A DNA stretch of 64,000 nucleotides from assembly GCA_001873435.1 (NCBI GenBank), contig MNZB01000004.1, positions 158,980-222,979 on the forward strand. The letters are read 5' to 3'. This document shows, in pieces, positions 1-9,767 of the stretch. Every line of letters starts with the position of its first letter. The first letter of the stretch is position 1. The notes under the pieces were generated by a model. The model saw nothing but the letters and a program-made list of their open reading frames with translations. It had not been told where the DNA came from and ran no database searches. The translations under genes were made by a program, and so were the position numbers. Source of the stretch: Candidatus Pacebacteria bacterium CG2_30_36_39 (GTDB lineage: Bacteria; Patescibacteriota; Microgenomatia; UBA1400; PJMF01).

Positions 1-544
1 CCAAACTCAATAACCTAGCTTTGTGCTTTGAAAACTCCTCTGCTGCCACAGTAAAACCATATTCACTAATAGCAAAACAAATCTCAACCTTAGCCCCAGC
101 TTCCCTAAGTGATTCAATAGCCGCCAAACTACTGAGTCCAGTAGAAACATGATCTTCTACCAATAGCACAGTCTTACCAGCCACATCACCGCCCTCAACC
201 ATTTTCTTTGTACCATGATCCTTTGCTTGTTTTCTCACAAAAACTGATGGCTTATTCATTGCAAAAGCCAATCCAGCACTATGAGGAATACCTGCTGCTT
301 CTACTCCAGCAATCACATCAAATTCAATATTTTTCTCTGCAATTAATTTAATAAAACTTTCGATAATCGTATGCCACTGCTTGGGATAAAAGGGAAATCT
401 ACGATTATCCAAATACACTGGTGATAAAATTCCAGACTTAAAACGAATTGGGGCATCAGGAACAAACCCAACCGCCTTAATATCAAGTAAAGCCTTAGCA
501 ACAGCTCTAGAAACAAACACATTCTTATATGAATCATTTTTCAT
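1..544 (-). CDS. pyrE: orotate phosphoribosyltransferase, C-terminus beyond window edge
   Basis: Manual translation of the reverse strand from ATG at 544-542 gives MKNDSYKNVFVSRAV...KQAKDHGTKKMVEGG...VLLVEDHVSTGLS. The PRTase motif and KDHG box match OPRT. No stop before the window edge. The listed ORF 343..537 is a different frame. Confidence 0.75.
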   Translation of the reverse strand, partial: MKNDSYKNVFVSRAVAKALLDIKAVGFVPDAPIRFKSGILSPVYLDNRRFPFYPKQWHTIIESFIKLIAEKNIEFDVIAGVEAAGIPHSAGLAFAMNKPSVFVRKQAKDHGTKKMVEGGDVAGKTVLLVEDHVSTGLSSLAAIESLREAGAKVEICFAISEYGFTVAAEEFSKHKARLLSL

Positions 545-560
545 AAAAAAATCCCACTAC

Positions 561-1784
561 TTAGAGTGGGTTCCCTTCTTTAATGTTTTTTTTATTTTTA
601 CAAACTTCCATAATCAAATACAAATTAAAAAAGATAAGCGGCAAAATTTTACTCAACACCAAAACACTCCAACCGCCATCAGTTACATAATGCCCTTTTG
701 TACCTATCTGAAATAAATACATTAAAAAAAATGGGGTTGGCAAAATATTTAACACAGCCAAAACTTTAGCAGTTTTTTCTTTAAATAAATCATCAAAAAT
801 AACACCCAAAGCCAATAATGTTCCTACAGTAGTGTAATGATATTCAAATACCAAATCATAAAATAAAAGGTAAAAAGAAGTCATTAAAAAAGCAGTTTTC
901 CAAAGACTAATTTTATATTTCCATTGTAAAAAAATAATCATTAGCAATGAAAAAATCTTAAGATAAATACCATATTTCAAATAAATACCCAACTCCCAAA
1001 ACCTCAAAAGTGAGTCTAAAGTAAACACTCCTGGAGGGCCACCTATCGGCTGACCAATTCTAATAATTAAATTAGTCAAATAATACTGACCAGCTCCATT
1101 TAATAAAAATGGCAATGATAAAAAGATAAACATCAAAACACCTAAAACTGCTATCTTAGTTTTTTTCTGCAACACCAAAACTGGCAACCACAAAATAGTA
1201 ATGGGTTTAACCATAAAAGTTAAAACCAAGCCAAGAGCAGCCAATAAATCATTCTTTAAAAATAAAAAGAAAATAACAATACCTGCATCAAGCAAAAAAT
1301 GATATTGACCGTTCCACATTTCTAGAGCCTGAGGGAAATTTGCTAAGAATAAAAACAAAGCAAACATCAAATTTTGCTTATTAGTTTTTGCTAAAACCAT
1401 TTTTTTATAAATCAACCAAATCAAACTAAACTTAACCAATAAATTAAATATTCTCCACAACAAAAAAGCTGTCATTGGCGAAAAAAACTGCAAAAACCCT
1501 CCAACCACAAAAGTAAAAAATGGATGATAAACATTGGTATTACCAAAAAAATAACTACTTTCACCAGCAATAGTTTTTCCAGTCAACTCACCACCATTCA
1601 AAAAAGCATAAGCACCATTGGGCACTTGGAAAAAATCAATTCCCTGGTATTCATGAACATTACCATGGGGGAAAAAAAAGAAAAATGGCTTTTGAGTTAA
1701 AGCAAAAAGAAAAAAACTAAATTGAAATAAAATGGCTAACCAAAATAAAAATCCTAGAGAAGATTTACTTATCTTGGTCCACAT
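561..1784 (-). CDS. polytopic integral membrane protein, possible GT-C-type glycosyltransferase (DUF2029-like)
   Basis: 407 aa, at least 10 hydrophobic helices, very Phe/Leu/Ile rich. No soluble domain recognised. Confidence 0.45.
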   Translation of the reverse strand: MWTKISKSSLGFLFWLAILFQFSFFLFALTQKPFFFFFPHGNVHEYQGIDFFQVPNGAYAFLNGGELTGKTIAGESSYFFGNTNVYHPFFTFVVGGFLQFFSPMTAFLLWRIFNLLVKFSLIWLIYKKMVLAKTNKQNLMFALFLFLANFPQALEMWNGQYHFLLDAGIVIFFLFLKNDLLAALGLVLTFMVKPITILWLPVLVLQKKTKIAVLGVLMFIFLSLPFLLNGAGQYYLTNLIIRIGQPIGGPPGVFTLDSLLRFWELGIYLKYGIYLKIFSLLMIIFLQWKYKISLWKTAFLMTSFYLLFYDLVFEYHYTTVGTLLALGVIFDDLFKEKTAKVLAVLNILPTPFFLMYLFQIGTKGHYVTDGGWSVLVLSKILPLIFFNLYLIMEVCKNKKNIKEGNPL

Positions 1785-3979
1785 TACTCTCCCATGCCTT
1801 GTGTTGAATTCAAATATTCTTGAATTTTAGCAGTATAAACATCTCTTGGCTTACTACCTTCTTGAACCCCAATAAAACCAGCTTCATAAAGCTGATCCAT
1901 GATTCTGGCAGCACGAGCATAACCAACAGCTAATTTTCTTTGAATTAAAGAAGCTGAAGCTTTATCAGCCTTTGAAAATAAACGAGCCGCTTCACCAAAT
2001 AAAGGATCACGATCTTCACCATTTGTTCCACCAGATCCACCACTAATAGTACCAATCTTATATTTTGTTGTAATCTCTTCTTGATAATCAGGTTTTTGAC
2101 CCTGAGATCTTAAGAAATCAACTAAAGCCTTAGTTTCTTTTTCAGAAATATAAGTACCTTGAACACGAACTGGTTTTGCCTTATCTGGTGGTAAATACAA
2201 CATATCACCGCGACCTAGTAACTTTTCAGCCCCAGGACTATCCAAAATAACACGAGAATCTGTTTGAGAAGAAACATTAAAAGCAATACGAGTTGGAATA
2301 TTAGCTTTAATTAAGCCAGTGATAACATCCACGGAAGGACGTTGTGTTGCCAATACTAGGTGAATACCAACTGCACGAGCCATTTGAGCAATGCGAGTAA
2401 TACTCTCTTCTACTTCGTTTGGAGCAAAAAGCATTACATCAGCCAACTCATCAATCACAATCACAATACTTGGCATTGAAATTAAACCAGCCAACTCATT
2501 GTATGAATCTATATTTTTAACTCCAACTTCTGCCAATAACTTATAACGATCCTCCATCAAACTTACTGCCCACTTCAAAGCTGAAACCACTTTACTTGGC
2601 TCCACAATTACTGGAGTTAATAAATGAGGAATATCATTGTAACCAGTTAATTCAACTCTCTTTGGATCAACTAAAATAAATTTAACCTCAGCTGGAGAAG
2701 CTCTGAAAAGAATAGAACTCATAAAAGCATTAATAGCTACTGACTTACCTGATCCAGTAGCACCAGCAATTAAAACGTGAGGCATTTTAGAAATATCTGC
2801 CACCACCGGTTTACCGCCCACATCAATACCAAGAGAAACAGCCAATTTTGATTTATGCTGTTTCATAGTAGGAGAAGCTATCATTTCTTTCAAAGTAACA
2901 AACTCTGCAGAATGATTGGGAACTTCAATACCCACCAAAGATCTTCCAGCAATAGGTGCCTCAACACGAATCTGTCCAGTTGGAGCGGCTAGAGCTAGAG
3001 CCAAATCCGTAGATAAACTAGTAATTTTTGAAAGACGAGTGCCTTCGGTAATCTTTAAAGCATATTGAGTAACAGCAGGACCACCATTAACCTCATCAAC
3101 TCTAGCCTTAATACCAAAGGAATCCAAAGTGTTTTCAATGATATGCGCATTAGCTTTCACATCACCACGTTGAGCTTTACCACCAGGTTTATCAGACAAA
3201 ATACTAAGAGGTGGATATTCCCAAACCGCTGGTCTACTGGCCGGCAACATATCTGTTTGACGCAATAAATTACGACCTTCTACTGGCATTACCTTCTTAT
3301 TATTAGAATCTTCAACCTTATCTTTGCTTTGGACAGGAAGTTCTTTGGGCGACATTAAAGCACCAGTTTGTTCTTCTGTTGCTCGCTCTCTACCATCATT
3401 AATAGTCAGCTTCTTACCAGGCATACCAGGCAACTTGAGTTTAGGAATACTAAAACCTTTTTTATCAGCAAAAAGACCAGCTGTTTCAGTTGCAGCTTCT
3501 TTAGCGTCTTTCTTGCGCAATAACCATTTGATAGCTTCAACCAATGACCAGCTAGACATTACTAAAAATCCAATTATTCCAAAGGAAATAAAGAAAATAA
3601 CAGTACCAGTAGAACCAAGTAATACAGCAAAATTACTATATAAAGATTTACCAATTTCTCCAGTCTTCCCTAGGCCTAAAAAGGAAAACATAAGTAATAA
3701 AGTACCAAGCAAAACATGTGGCTTAGACCAAACCCATTTTGCTCTGAGCATAGCCAAACCAGCAGAGATAAAAACAAATGGCAAAAACATCATTGCCAAG
3801 CCAAGTTTCAAACTAAGAAAAGTGTTTACTTGTTGCAGAACAACACCTTGTCCTGCAAAAGAAACCATAATCAAAACACCTAAAGTCATTAAAAAAACCG
3901 CTCCAATAGAATGTGTTGTTTCTGTTGGAATCGTTAATTTTAATTGATTTTTTTTATTGCGTTTACGTTTCTTACCCAT
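1784..3979 (-). CDS. ftsK: DNA translocase FtsK/SpoIIIE
   Basis: N-terminal TM helices. Walker A GATGSGKS and the FtsK motor region (VDPKRVELTGYNDIPHLL...). C-terminal gamma winged-helix (LYEAGFIG). Confidence 0.9.
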   Translation of the reverse strand: MGKKRKRNKKNQLKLTIPTETTHSIGAVFLMTLGVLIMVSFAGQGVVLQQVNTFLSLKLGLAMMFLPFVFISAGLAMLRAKWVWSKPHVLLGTLLLMFSFLGLGKTGEIGKSLYSNFAVLLGSTGTVIFFISFGIIGFLVMSSWSLVEAIKWLLRKKDAKEAATETAGLFADKKGFSIPKLKLPGMPGKKLTINDGRERATEEQTGALMSPKELPVQSKDKVEDSNNKKVMPVEGRNLLRQTDMLPASRPAVWEYPPLSILSDKPGGKAQRGDVKANAHIIENTLDSFGIKARVDEVNGGPAVTQYALKITEGTRLSKITSLSTDLALALAAPTGQIRVEAPIAGRSLVGIEVPNHSAEFVTLKEMIASPTMKQHKSKLAVSLGIDVGGKPVVADISKMPHVLIAGATGSGKSVAINAFMSSILFRASPAEVKFILVDPKRVELTGYNDIPHLLTPVIVEPSKVVSALKWAVSLMEDRYKLLAEVGVKNIDSYNELAGLISMPSIVIVIDELADVMLFAPNEVEESITRIAQMARAVGIHLVLATQRPSVDVITGLIKANIPTRIAFNVSSQTDSRVILDSPGAEKLLGRGDMLYLPPDKAKPVRVQGTYISEKETKALVDFLRSQGQKPDYQEEITTKYKIGTISGGSGGTNGEDRDPLFGEAARLFSKADKASASLIQRKLAVGYARAARIMDQLYEAGFIGVQEGSKPRDVYTAKIQEYLNSTQGMGE

Positions 3980-4104
3980 AATTCAAACTCCCTGACTAGG
4001 AAGCTCAGCTTTAAATGTTATAGGATACTTTCATTGCTTTGTCAAGCAACAGCACAAACACTAGCTTTGTGCCTGGTAAAACTATATCACAGCCAGCCGG
4101 ACGC

Positions 4105-5772
4105 TTACACGTCTAAAATTACTGGAATAATGATTGGTTCTCGACGAATAACCTTGTAAAGTTTCTTTGAAAGCTGTCTCTCCAGCAAAGAAGCAACATC
4201 TTCATCTGTTTTTGCTTTACGACCGTCTTTCTCAAGAATCTCGACTGTTTGTAACTTGATAAAATCAATTACCTCAGTAGCTTCTTTAACAAAAACAAAA
4301 CCTTTAGAAACTACATCCATTTTGCTTAAATCTAATCTTCCATTTATACGTGGCAAAATCAAAACAATCATGCCAGCTTGAGACATTGAGCGTCGATCTG
4401 ATAAAACGGTTGGTCCTACATCACCAATACCAAGACCATCAACTGTTCTAGGTTTAATAGAAATCTTATCAACAACTCTAACTTCTCCATCCTTTAAACC
4501 TAAAACCTCTTCATGACCGGGAATCAAAGTAAACCCTTTTTTATATCCCAAAGACTGAGTGACATACTCCTTAAATTTAGCTCTATGACGATCCTCTCCA
4601 CCGATAGGCATAACAAACTTAGGATGAAGTAACTTTACCACTTCACGTTGTTCCACCGCACTAGCATGGCCTGATTTATGCAAATCATGATTAACATCAG
4701 GATAAATCACTGTAATACCATTACTTGCCAATTCATTAATGGCTCGGTAATAAGGAATTTCATTTCCAGGTATCACATTGGCTGAAAACACTACCTTATC
4801 ATCTGGCAAAATCTGAACCTGACGATGTTCACCGTAAACAGCCCTGATTAGAGATGAACCCTCTTGACCCTGACTTCCAGCGATCATAATACAAAGTTCT
4901 TTATCTCGATATTGATCCATATCTCTTTTATCAATCATTACACCATCTGGCATTTGCAATTTATTTAAATCCATAGCAATCTTGACGTTTTGCTCAACAG
5001 ATCGACCAATAAATGCTACTTTTCTACCCAATTTTTTAGCTGCATTAACTACCTGTTGAATACGATGAATATGAGAACTCATTAGGGTAATAATATATTT
5101 ACCCTTAGTATTAAGCATCAGCTTTTCCAATTCTGGACCAGTCTCTGATTCAGATTCGGTGCGGTCGAGATTTTCTACTCTCAAACAATCTATTAAAGCC
5201 AAAGTAATACCTTTATCACCCAATTCTTTCATTGTAGCTACATCTGTTTTTACCCCATCAATAGGATGTTCATCTAGCTTGAAATCTGAGCCATGATAAA
5301 TAACTCCTTCTGGGGTATTAATAACCAAATGTTTTGTATCAGGGACAGAGTGAGTAACTGCCAAACTCATTACGGTAAAATATTTACCATACTGAACTGG
5401 TTTAAGATCTTGAAAAACATTGATTTCAGTTTCAATACCTACATCCTGAAGTTTCTTATTGATAAAACCAACAGTCAAAGGAGATGCCCAAATCATTGGC
5501 ATGGTTTCAAATTCTGGCAAAACATATGGCAAAGCGCCCATATGATCTTCGTGACCATGAGAAATGGCAATGCCAACTACTTTTTTACCCTTGGCAATTT
5601 CCTCATGAAGATATGATGTGTCTGGAATTAAAGTATCAACTCCAGGCATATATTCATCTGGAAAACCAATACCACAATCGACAATTAGAATCTCATCTTC
5701 ATATTCATATAAATACATGTTTTGGGTTACTTTTCCTAGGCCACCCAATGGCACCAAACGTAATTCAGACAT
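4105..5772 (-). CDS. rnj: ribonuclease J (metallo-beta-lactamase / beta-CASP RNase)
   Basis: HGHEDHMGALPYV metallo-beta-lactamase motif. Overall 555-aa RNase J architecture. Confidence 0.85.
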   Translation of the reverse strand: MSELRLVPLGGLGKVTQNMYLYEYEDEILIVDCGIGFPDEYMPGVDTLIPDTSYLHEEIAKGKKVVGIAISHGHEDHMGALPYVLPEFETMPMIWASPLTVGFINKKLQDVGIETEINVFQDLKPVQYGKYFTVMSLAVTHSVPDTKHLVINTPEGVIYHGSDFKLDEHPIDGVKTDVATMKELGDKGITLALIDCLRVENLDRTESESETGPELEKLMLNTKGKYIITLMSSHIHRIQQVVNAAKKLGRKVAFIGRSVEQNVKIAMDLNKLQMPDGVMIDKRDMDQYRDKELCIMIAGSQGQEGSSLIRAVYGEHRQVQILPDDKVVFSANVIPGNEIPYYRAINELASNGITVIYPDVNHDLHKSGHASAVEQREVVKLLHPKFVMPIGGEDRHRAKFKEYVTQSLGYKKGFTLIPGHEEVLGLKDGEVRVVDKISIKPRTVDGLGIGDVGPTVLSDRRSMSQAGMIVLILPRINGRLDLSKMDVVSKGFVFVKEATEVIDFIKLQTVEILEKDGRKAKTDEDVASLLERQLSKKLYKVIRREPIIIPVILDV

Positions 5773-5787
5773 AATTTCCTTTCGAAA

Positions 5788-6414
5788 TTAAAATAATATT
5801 TCTTTTATTCCTTGTTTAAGACTTTCCGTTCCTCTTTGCTCTTTTATCCAAGTAAGAATCTTGGGAATTTTTTTAAAATCAGCAATGAATGACTCCATCA
5901 TTCTACTAGATCTTAAGGCTGCTGCGGGATGGTACATTGGTAAAACAAAAATATCCACTCCTTCCCACTGAACCTTATGCAATCTGCCATGAACTGCTGA
6001 TATTTTAACTTCTGGCAAAAATTTAGCCATACTAAAACGACCTAAGGTAACAATTATTTCAGGCTTTAAGATCTCTAGCTCCTGATTAAGATATGGTCTA
6101 TATGCCGCAATTTCAATAGGAGTAGGATCTCGATTTTCTGGAGGCCTAACTTTAACAATATTGCTAATAAAAACTTTAGCCGGGGGCAAACCAACTTCTT
6201 CCAAAACTTTTCTTAATAACTTGCCAGAACGACCAACGAATGGACGACGCTGCAAAGCCTCTTCTCTACCAGGAGCCTCACCAATACACATTATCTTCGC
6301 CCGAGAATCTCCTTCACCATGTACAATATCTGTTTTTTGAGTAGCAAGAGGTAATGTTTTGTAAGCAGCTTCTAGTTTTTGCTGTAATTCCTCAAGTAAA
6401 CCTGCATTATCCAT
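5788..6414 (-). CDS. uracil-DNA glycosylase, family 4
   Basis: GEAPGREE...RPFVGRSGKLL motif typical of family-4 UDG. Confidence 0.8.
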   Translation of the reverse strand: MDNAGLLEELQQKLEAAYKTLPLATQKTDIVHGEGDSRAKIMCIGEAPGREEALQRRPFVGRSGKLLRKVLEEVGLPPAKVFISNIVKVRPPENRDPTPIEIAAYRPYLNQELEILKPEIIVTLGRFSMAKFLPEVKISAVHGRLHKVQWEGVDIFVLPMYHPAAALRSSRMMESFIADFKKIPKILTWIKEQRGTESLKQGIKEILF

Positions 6415-6481
6415 AACTGTATGTTATCACAAAAGGGAGCCTTACGACTCCCTTTTTTATTTCTTTTTGTTTTACCAAAAC

Positions 6482-6793
6482 TTATTCAGTTAAATCTTTT
6501 GCAAGTTTAACATTGTTGTAAGTAGTCTTAGCTGCTGTTTCAATGAAATCATCAGCCAAGTCAGTTAAATCATCAGATGCTTTATCCAAAGTATCTGCCA
6601 TTTCACCATAAGAGTAAGCAGAAATTTTTTCTACTTCACCCATTTGAGCTAACAATTTATCTACTTTTGCTATATCTTCAGCAGACATTTGCTCTGGCAC
6701 ATCTTGCAAAGCAGTAACCACTGATTGATAAGTTTCTTCATCTAAGCCTTGGTTCTTTAGCTCAGCGAGAAGTTGTGTTTTAGTTGGTCCCAT
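6482..6793 (-). CDS. hypothetical small acidic protein
   Basis: 103-aa ORF, D/E rich, no recognised motif. Co-oriented downstream of the Lon-like ATPase gene. Confidence 0.4.
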   Translation of the reverse strand: MGPTKTQLLAELKNQGLDEETYQSVVTALQDVPEQMSAEDIAKVDKLLAQMGEVEKISAYSYGEMADTLDKASDDLTDLADDFIETAAKTTYNNVKLAKDLTE

Positions 6794-6821
6794 ATTTGTT
6801 CTCCTTTAAAAATATTTTCTA

Positions 6822-7478
6822 TTATTTAGCAAATCTACTCAACCAACCTCTTACTCCTGAAAAACTGGTAGCGTTTTGAGCAGCCTGTTGTTGCTTGGTT
6901 CTCTTTTCTTGAGCTTCCTGCTTTAATTTATCAGCAGCAGTCACAACTTGATCGCCATCTGTTTCTTGACTCTCATTGATAAGCTGATTAGCTGTCTCCA
7001 ATAGAGATTTAACACCCTCAGCGGCGGCTTTCAAAGCAGCGAGTTTTAGTTCGACGACTTTAGCTTCTGCTCTAGCTGGAAGACTATCAATAAAAGCTGA
7101 TAGTTGGTCCATCTTAGCAGCGGCTTTGTTAGTAATATCATAAGCACCTTGGATAACGTCTGCTTTAGCTTTTTCAATACCCATTTCAGCCTTGGTTCTT
7201 AGACTATCAGCGCCATCAACCAATTTACCTGGCCAAGAAGCAACTTCACCAGCTCCTTTTTTAACACCATCCCAAGCAGCTGCTCCAACTTCCTTTACTT
7301 TAGCCCAACTAGCACCCCAAGTCTCTCTACTTTGCTGACGCTTGGCATCACGAGCTTCTTGACGTGCTTTACCAGCATCTCTAGCATCAAATGACTTTTC
7401 AGCGGCTGCTCTTGCTGACTCAGAAGAGTAACTCTTTAGTACGTCTCCCTTTAAAAATGGTTTATTTGCTTCTCCCAT
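6822..7478 (-). CDS. hypothetical Ala/Lys/Glu-rich coiled-coil protein (LEA/phasin-like composition)
   Basis: 218 aa, amphipathic low-complexity repeats (AAEKSFDARDAGKARQEARDAKRQQ...). No signal peptide. Confidence 0.4.
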   Translation of the reverse strand: MGEANKPFLKGDVLKSYSSESARAAAEKSFDARDAGKARQEARDAKRQQSRETWGASWAKVKEVGAAAWDGVKKGAGEVASWPGKLVDGADSLRTKAEMGIEKAKADVIQGAYDITNKAAAKMDQLSAFIDSLPARAEAKVVELKLAALKAAAEGVKSLLETANQLINESQETDGDQVVTAADKLKQEAQEKRTKQQQAAQNATSFSGVRGWLSRFAK

Positions 7479-7508
7479 ATTTTCCTTTAACTTTTAGTTA
7501 CTTTATTA

Positions 7509-8003
7509 CTACTTATTCAATCCAGATCGGTATTTTTTTAATAAATTCAAAGCAAAACCAATACCACCAGTATTGCTCTTAGTTTCCATAGTAGCAGGTG
7601 CTTGAGTTGGTCGCAATGAGCTTAATGCATCAATATAGAAATCTACTTGGTCTGACTCAGCACTAGGCACTCTACCTTGTAATAAATCTTGAAGACTGTC
7701 AGCTCCATCACTTACTGAAGTTCCAGAAGATACTGTTTGTTTACTAGAAAAATCTTCCAATAAGGACAAAAGCTCATCAACTTGAGAAGCTCCTGAATCT
7801 CCATTATCTACAAAAGAATTAAGCATTTCTTCTAATTCTTTGATTGAATTATTACTAACAGTTTTTGCAACTGGAGCAGCAGCTCCACTCATCCTAGCTG
7901 AAACTTGAGCTTCAACTTCAGTTTTAATATATGCTTGTAACTCTGTAGCTAACTGAGCAAAAGCTTTTTGAAATATTTGATCATTCATATTTTTCTCTCT
8001 CAA
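7509..8003 (-). CDS. hypothetical protein
   Basis: 164-aa ORF, Ser/Asp-rich C-terminal half. No motif recognised. Confidence 0.4.
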   Translation of the reverse strand: MREKNMNDQIFQKAFAQLATELQAYIKTEVEAQVSARMSGAAAPVAKTVSNNSIKELEEMLNSFVDNGDSGASQVDELLSLLEDFSSKQTVSSGTSVSDGADSLQDLLQGRVPSAESDQVDFYIDALSSLRPTQAPATMETKSNTGGIGFALNLLKKYRSGLNK

Positions 8004-8067
8004 TAAATCACTGTTAAAAATTATATTCTTTTAGAGTTTTAAAAAAAATGTCTCAAAAAGTATCTTT

Positions 8068-9126
8068 CTAATACTTAGGCATGAATATTTTGGCATTTTC
8101 CTTAGTAATCACTACCTTATCAAAACCACGCTCAACAATAATACGCACTACTTTACGTACTGCTCCCTGCAATGTTCTTTGCAAAGTACGAATACCCATG
8201 TCATAACCCAAAGGACGAGTGATAATTGGCCAAACATCTTCATGTAAATCAAATTGCTCTGGTCTTAAACCTGCATCAGTCAATAAACCTGGCAATATAT
8301 ATTTCTTAGCAATTTGAATCTTCTCATTATCAGTGTATGAAGGCATAGAAATCTTTTCCATACGATCCATAACAGCAGTAGCAATCTTAGTAGTATTGTT
8401 AGCAGTAGCTAAGAAAATAGCATGACTTAAGTTAACTGGATAATCGATATAAGTATCTGTAAAAGCATTATTCTGAGCAGGATCAAGCAACTCAACTAAG
8501 ACACCCATAATATCCATATTAGCTTCTTCAGCTCCACGATCAATTTCATCTAACAAAATAACTGGATTACGAACACCAGCTTCACAAATTCCTTTAATAA
8601 CTCTTCCTGGCTCTGAACCAAGCAATAAGCGTGAATTACCACGAAGTTCTTTTGCTGATCCCATACCACCAAAAGGGATGCGCACCAACTGACGACCCAA
8701 TGCCTCAGATAACGAATAGGCAAAAGTAGTTTTACCTGTACCCACCAAACCAACAAGCAACAGAATAGGAGCTTTAAATTCTTCCCCGGGAGCTTGTTTG
8801 TTGCGTAAATTTAAAATAGAGATATATTCCAAAAAACGATCTTTAACTTCCTGCATACCATAGTGATGTTTATCAAAAACAGCCTTAGCTTTTTCAATAT
8901 CAGTCACGTCTTGAGATTCTTTTAGCCAAGGAATTTGGAGCACCCAGTTTACATAACGAGAAACTTTTTCATATTTTTCATCATAACTACCAAGTTCAAC
9001 ACTACGCTCAAGAGAAACAATCTCTTTTTCAACCTTACCCTTCATATCCTCTGGAAGGGAAGCTTGAATTGCCCTGTCACGAAGGTCTTTAATTTCTTGC
9101 TGAAGAATGTGTTTATAGTCTGTCAT
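8068..9126 (-). CDS. Lon-family AAA+ ATPase module without LAN and protease domains
   Basis: Aligns by eye to the Lon helical linker plus AAA+ core: YVNWVLQIPW, Walker A LVGLVGTGKTT, Walker B ILLDEIDR, sensor ATANNT, alpha subdomain GIRTLQR. The ORF ends right after the AAA+ alpha subdomain. No Ser-Lys protease domain. Confidence 0.8.
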   Translation of the reverse strand: MTDYKHILQQEIKDLRDRAIQASLPEDMKGKVEKEIVSLERSVELGSYDEKYEKVSRYVNWVLQIPWLKESQDVTDIEKAKAVFDKHHYGMQEVKDRFLEYISILNLRNKQAPGEEFKAPILLLVGLVGTGKTTFAYSLSEALGRQLVRIPFGGMGSAKELRGNSRLLLGSEPGRVIKGICEAGVRNPVILLDEIDRGAEEANMDIMGVLVELLDPAQNNAFTDTYIDYPVNLSHAIFLATANNTTKIATAVMDRMEKISMPSYTDNEKIQIAKKYILPGLLTDAGLRPEQFDLHEDVWPIITRPLGYDMGIRTLQRTLQGAVRKVVRIIVERGFDKVVITKENAKIFMPKY

Positions 9127-9141
9127 GGGCAGCTGGCAGTT

Positions 9142-9717
9142 TTACTCCAACTCTGTTGGTGGAGTCTCAACTGAATCTATCTCTTCTGGAAGATTCGAGA
9201 CAGGCAGAACCTGCTGTGTTACTACTCCCAGACCAATTAAAAACATACCGGCCATTACCATTAAAAAAGTATTCGCTACTCCACCAGTTGCAGGTAGGGT
9301 TGCGGTACTACTCTCGGTAGCACCACCAACACCAGTGGTAGTGGTAGTTGTGGTAGAAGAAGTGCTTGTAGTAGTAGTGGAATTAATTAACAAAATATAG
9401 TCCAAAGATTCCAAATTAGAAGCCAACTTCAATGGATGGGCACTGGCTGTTAATGCAGTAATCGGCGTATAGCTCCAATCACCGGCAGAATCTGCTAGCA
9501 CTGCTACCGTTAAATCATCAATTGTAATATCGATCGTAGCATCTGGAGAAGCTTTACCAATTAAAGTAGGAGTTGTATCTGTCGTGCTAATACTAATTAA
9601 AGCACCAACAGAAGTACCGCCAGCACTAATTAGCTGCAAAGTTGCTGCCATAGCAACAGCTTTTACACTAAATAAAATTACCAAAAACAAGATAGCGATA
9701 CGCAAATATCGAAACAT
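9142..9717 (-). CDS. secreted Thr-rich surface protein with LPATG sortase-type sorting signal
   Basis: Probable start at MFRYLRIAILFLVILFSVKAVA (signal peptide). Poly-Thr/Ser linker. LPATGG followed by a hydrophobic helix near the C-terminus. The ORF-track start at 9771 lies upstream. Confidence 0.5.
   Translation of the reverse strand: MFRYLRIAILFLVILFSVKAVAMAATLQLISAGGTSVGALISISTTDTTPTLIGKASPDATIDITIDDLTVAVLADSAGDWSYTPITALTASAHPLKLASNLESLDYILLINSTTTTSTSSTTTTTTTGVGGATESSTATLPATGGVANTFLMVMAGMFLIGLGVVTQQVLPVSNLPEEIDSVETPPTELE
9335..9380. repeat. low-complexity trinucleotide repeat (ggt/agt units) encoding the poly-Thr/Ser linker
   Basis: Reiterated ggtagtggtagttgtggtag...gtagtagtagtgg units visible in the sequence. 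Confidence 0.5.
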
Positions 9718-9767
9718 AAAACTACTATACATTAAATCATGGAAACAAAACAACCCGTCAATATAGA

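Noticed and set aside
343-537. 64-aa ORF listed on the minus strand
   Set aside because: It lies in a different frame inside the pyrE coding region. The pyrE frame translates into a clear OPRT sequence, so this is a shadow ORF.
3065-3947. Plus-strand ORFs (67 and 207 aa) inside ftsK
   Set aside because: They are antisense to a strongly supported ftsK gene and have low-complexity composition. These are shadow ORFs.
8550-8756. 68-aa ORF within the Lon-like ATPase gene
   Set aside because: It is same-strand, out of frame, and disrupts conserved Walker motifs if taken as real. Spurious.
9335-9380. Possible CRISPR-like or tandem repeat array
   Set aside because: It is simply a codon repeat (ggt/agt) encoding poly-Thr/Ser within a CDS. 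No spacer-repeat periodicity exists anywhere in the window.
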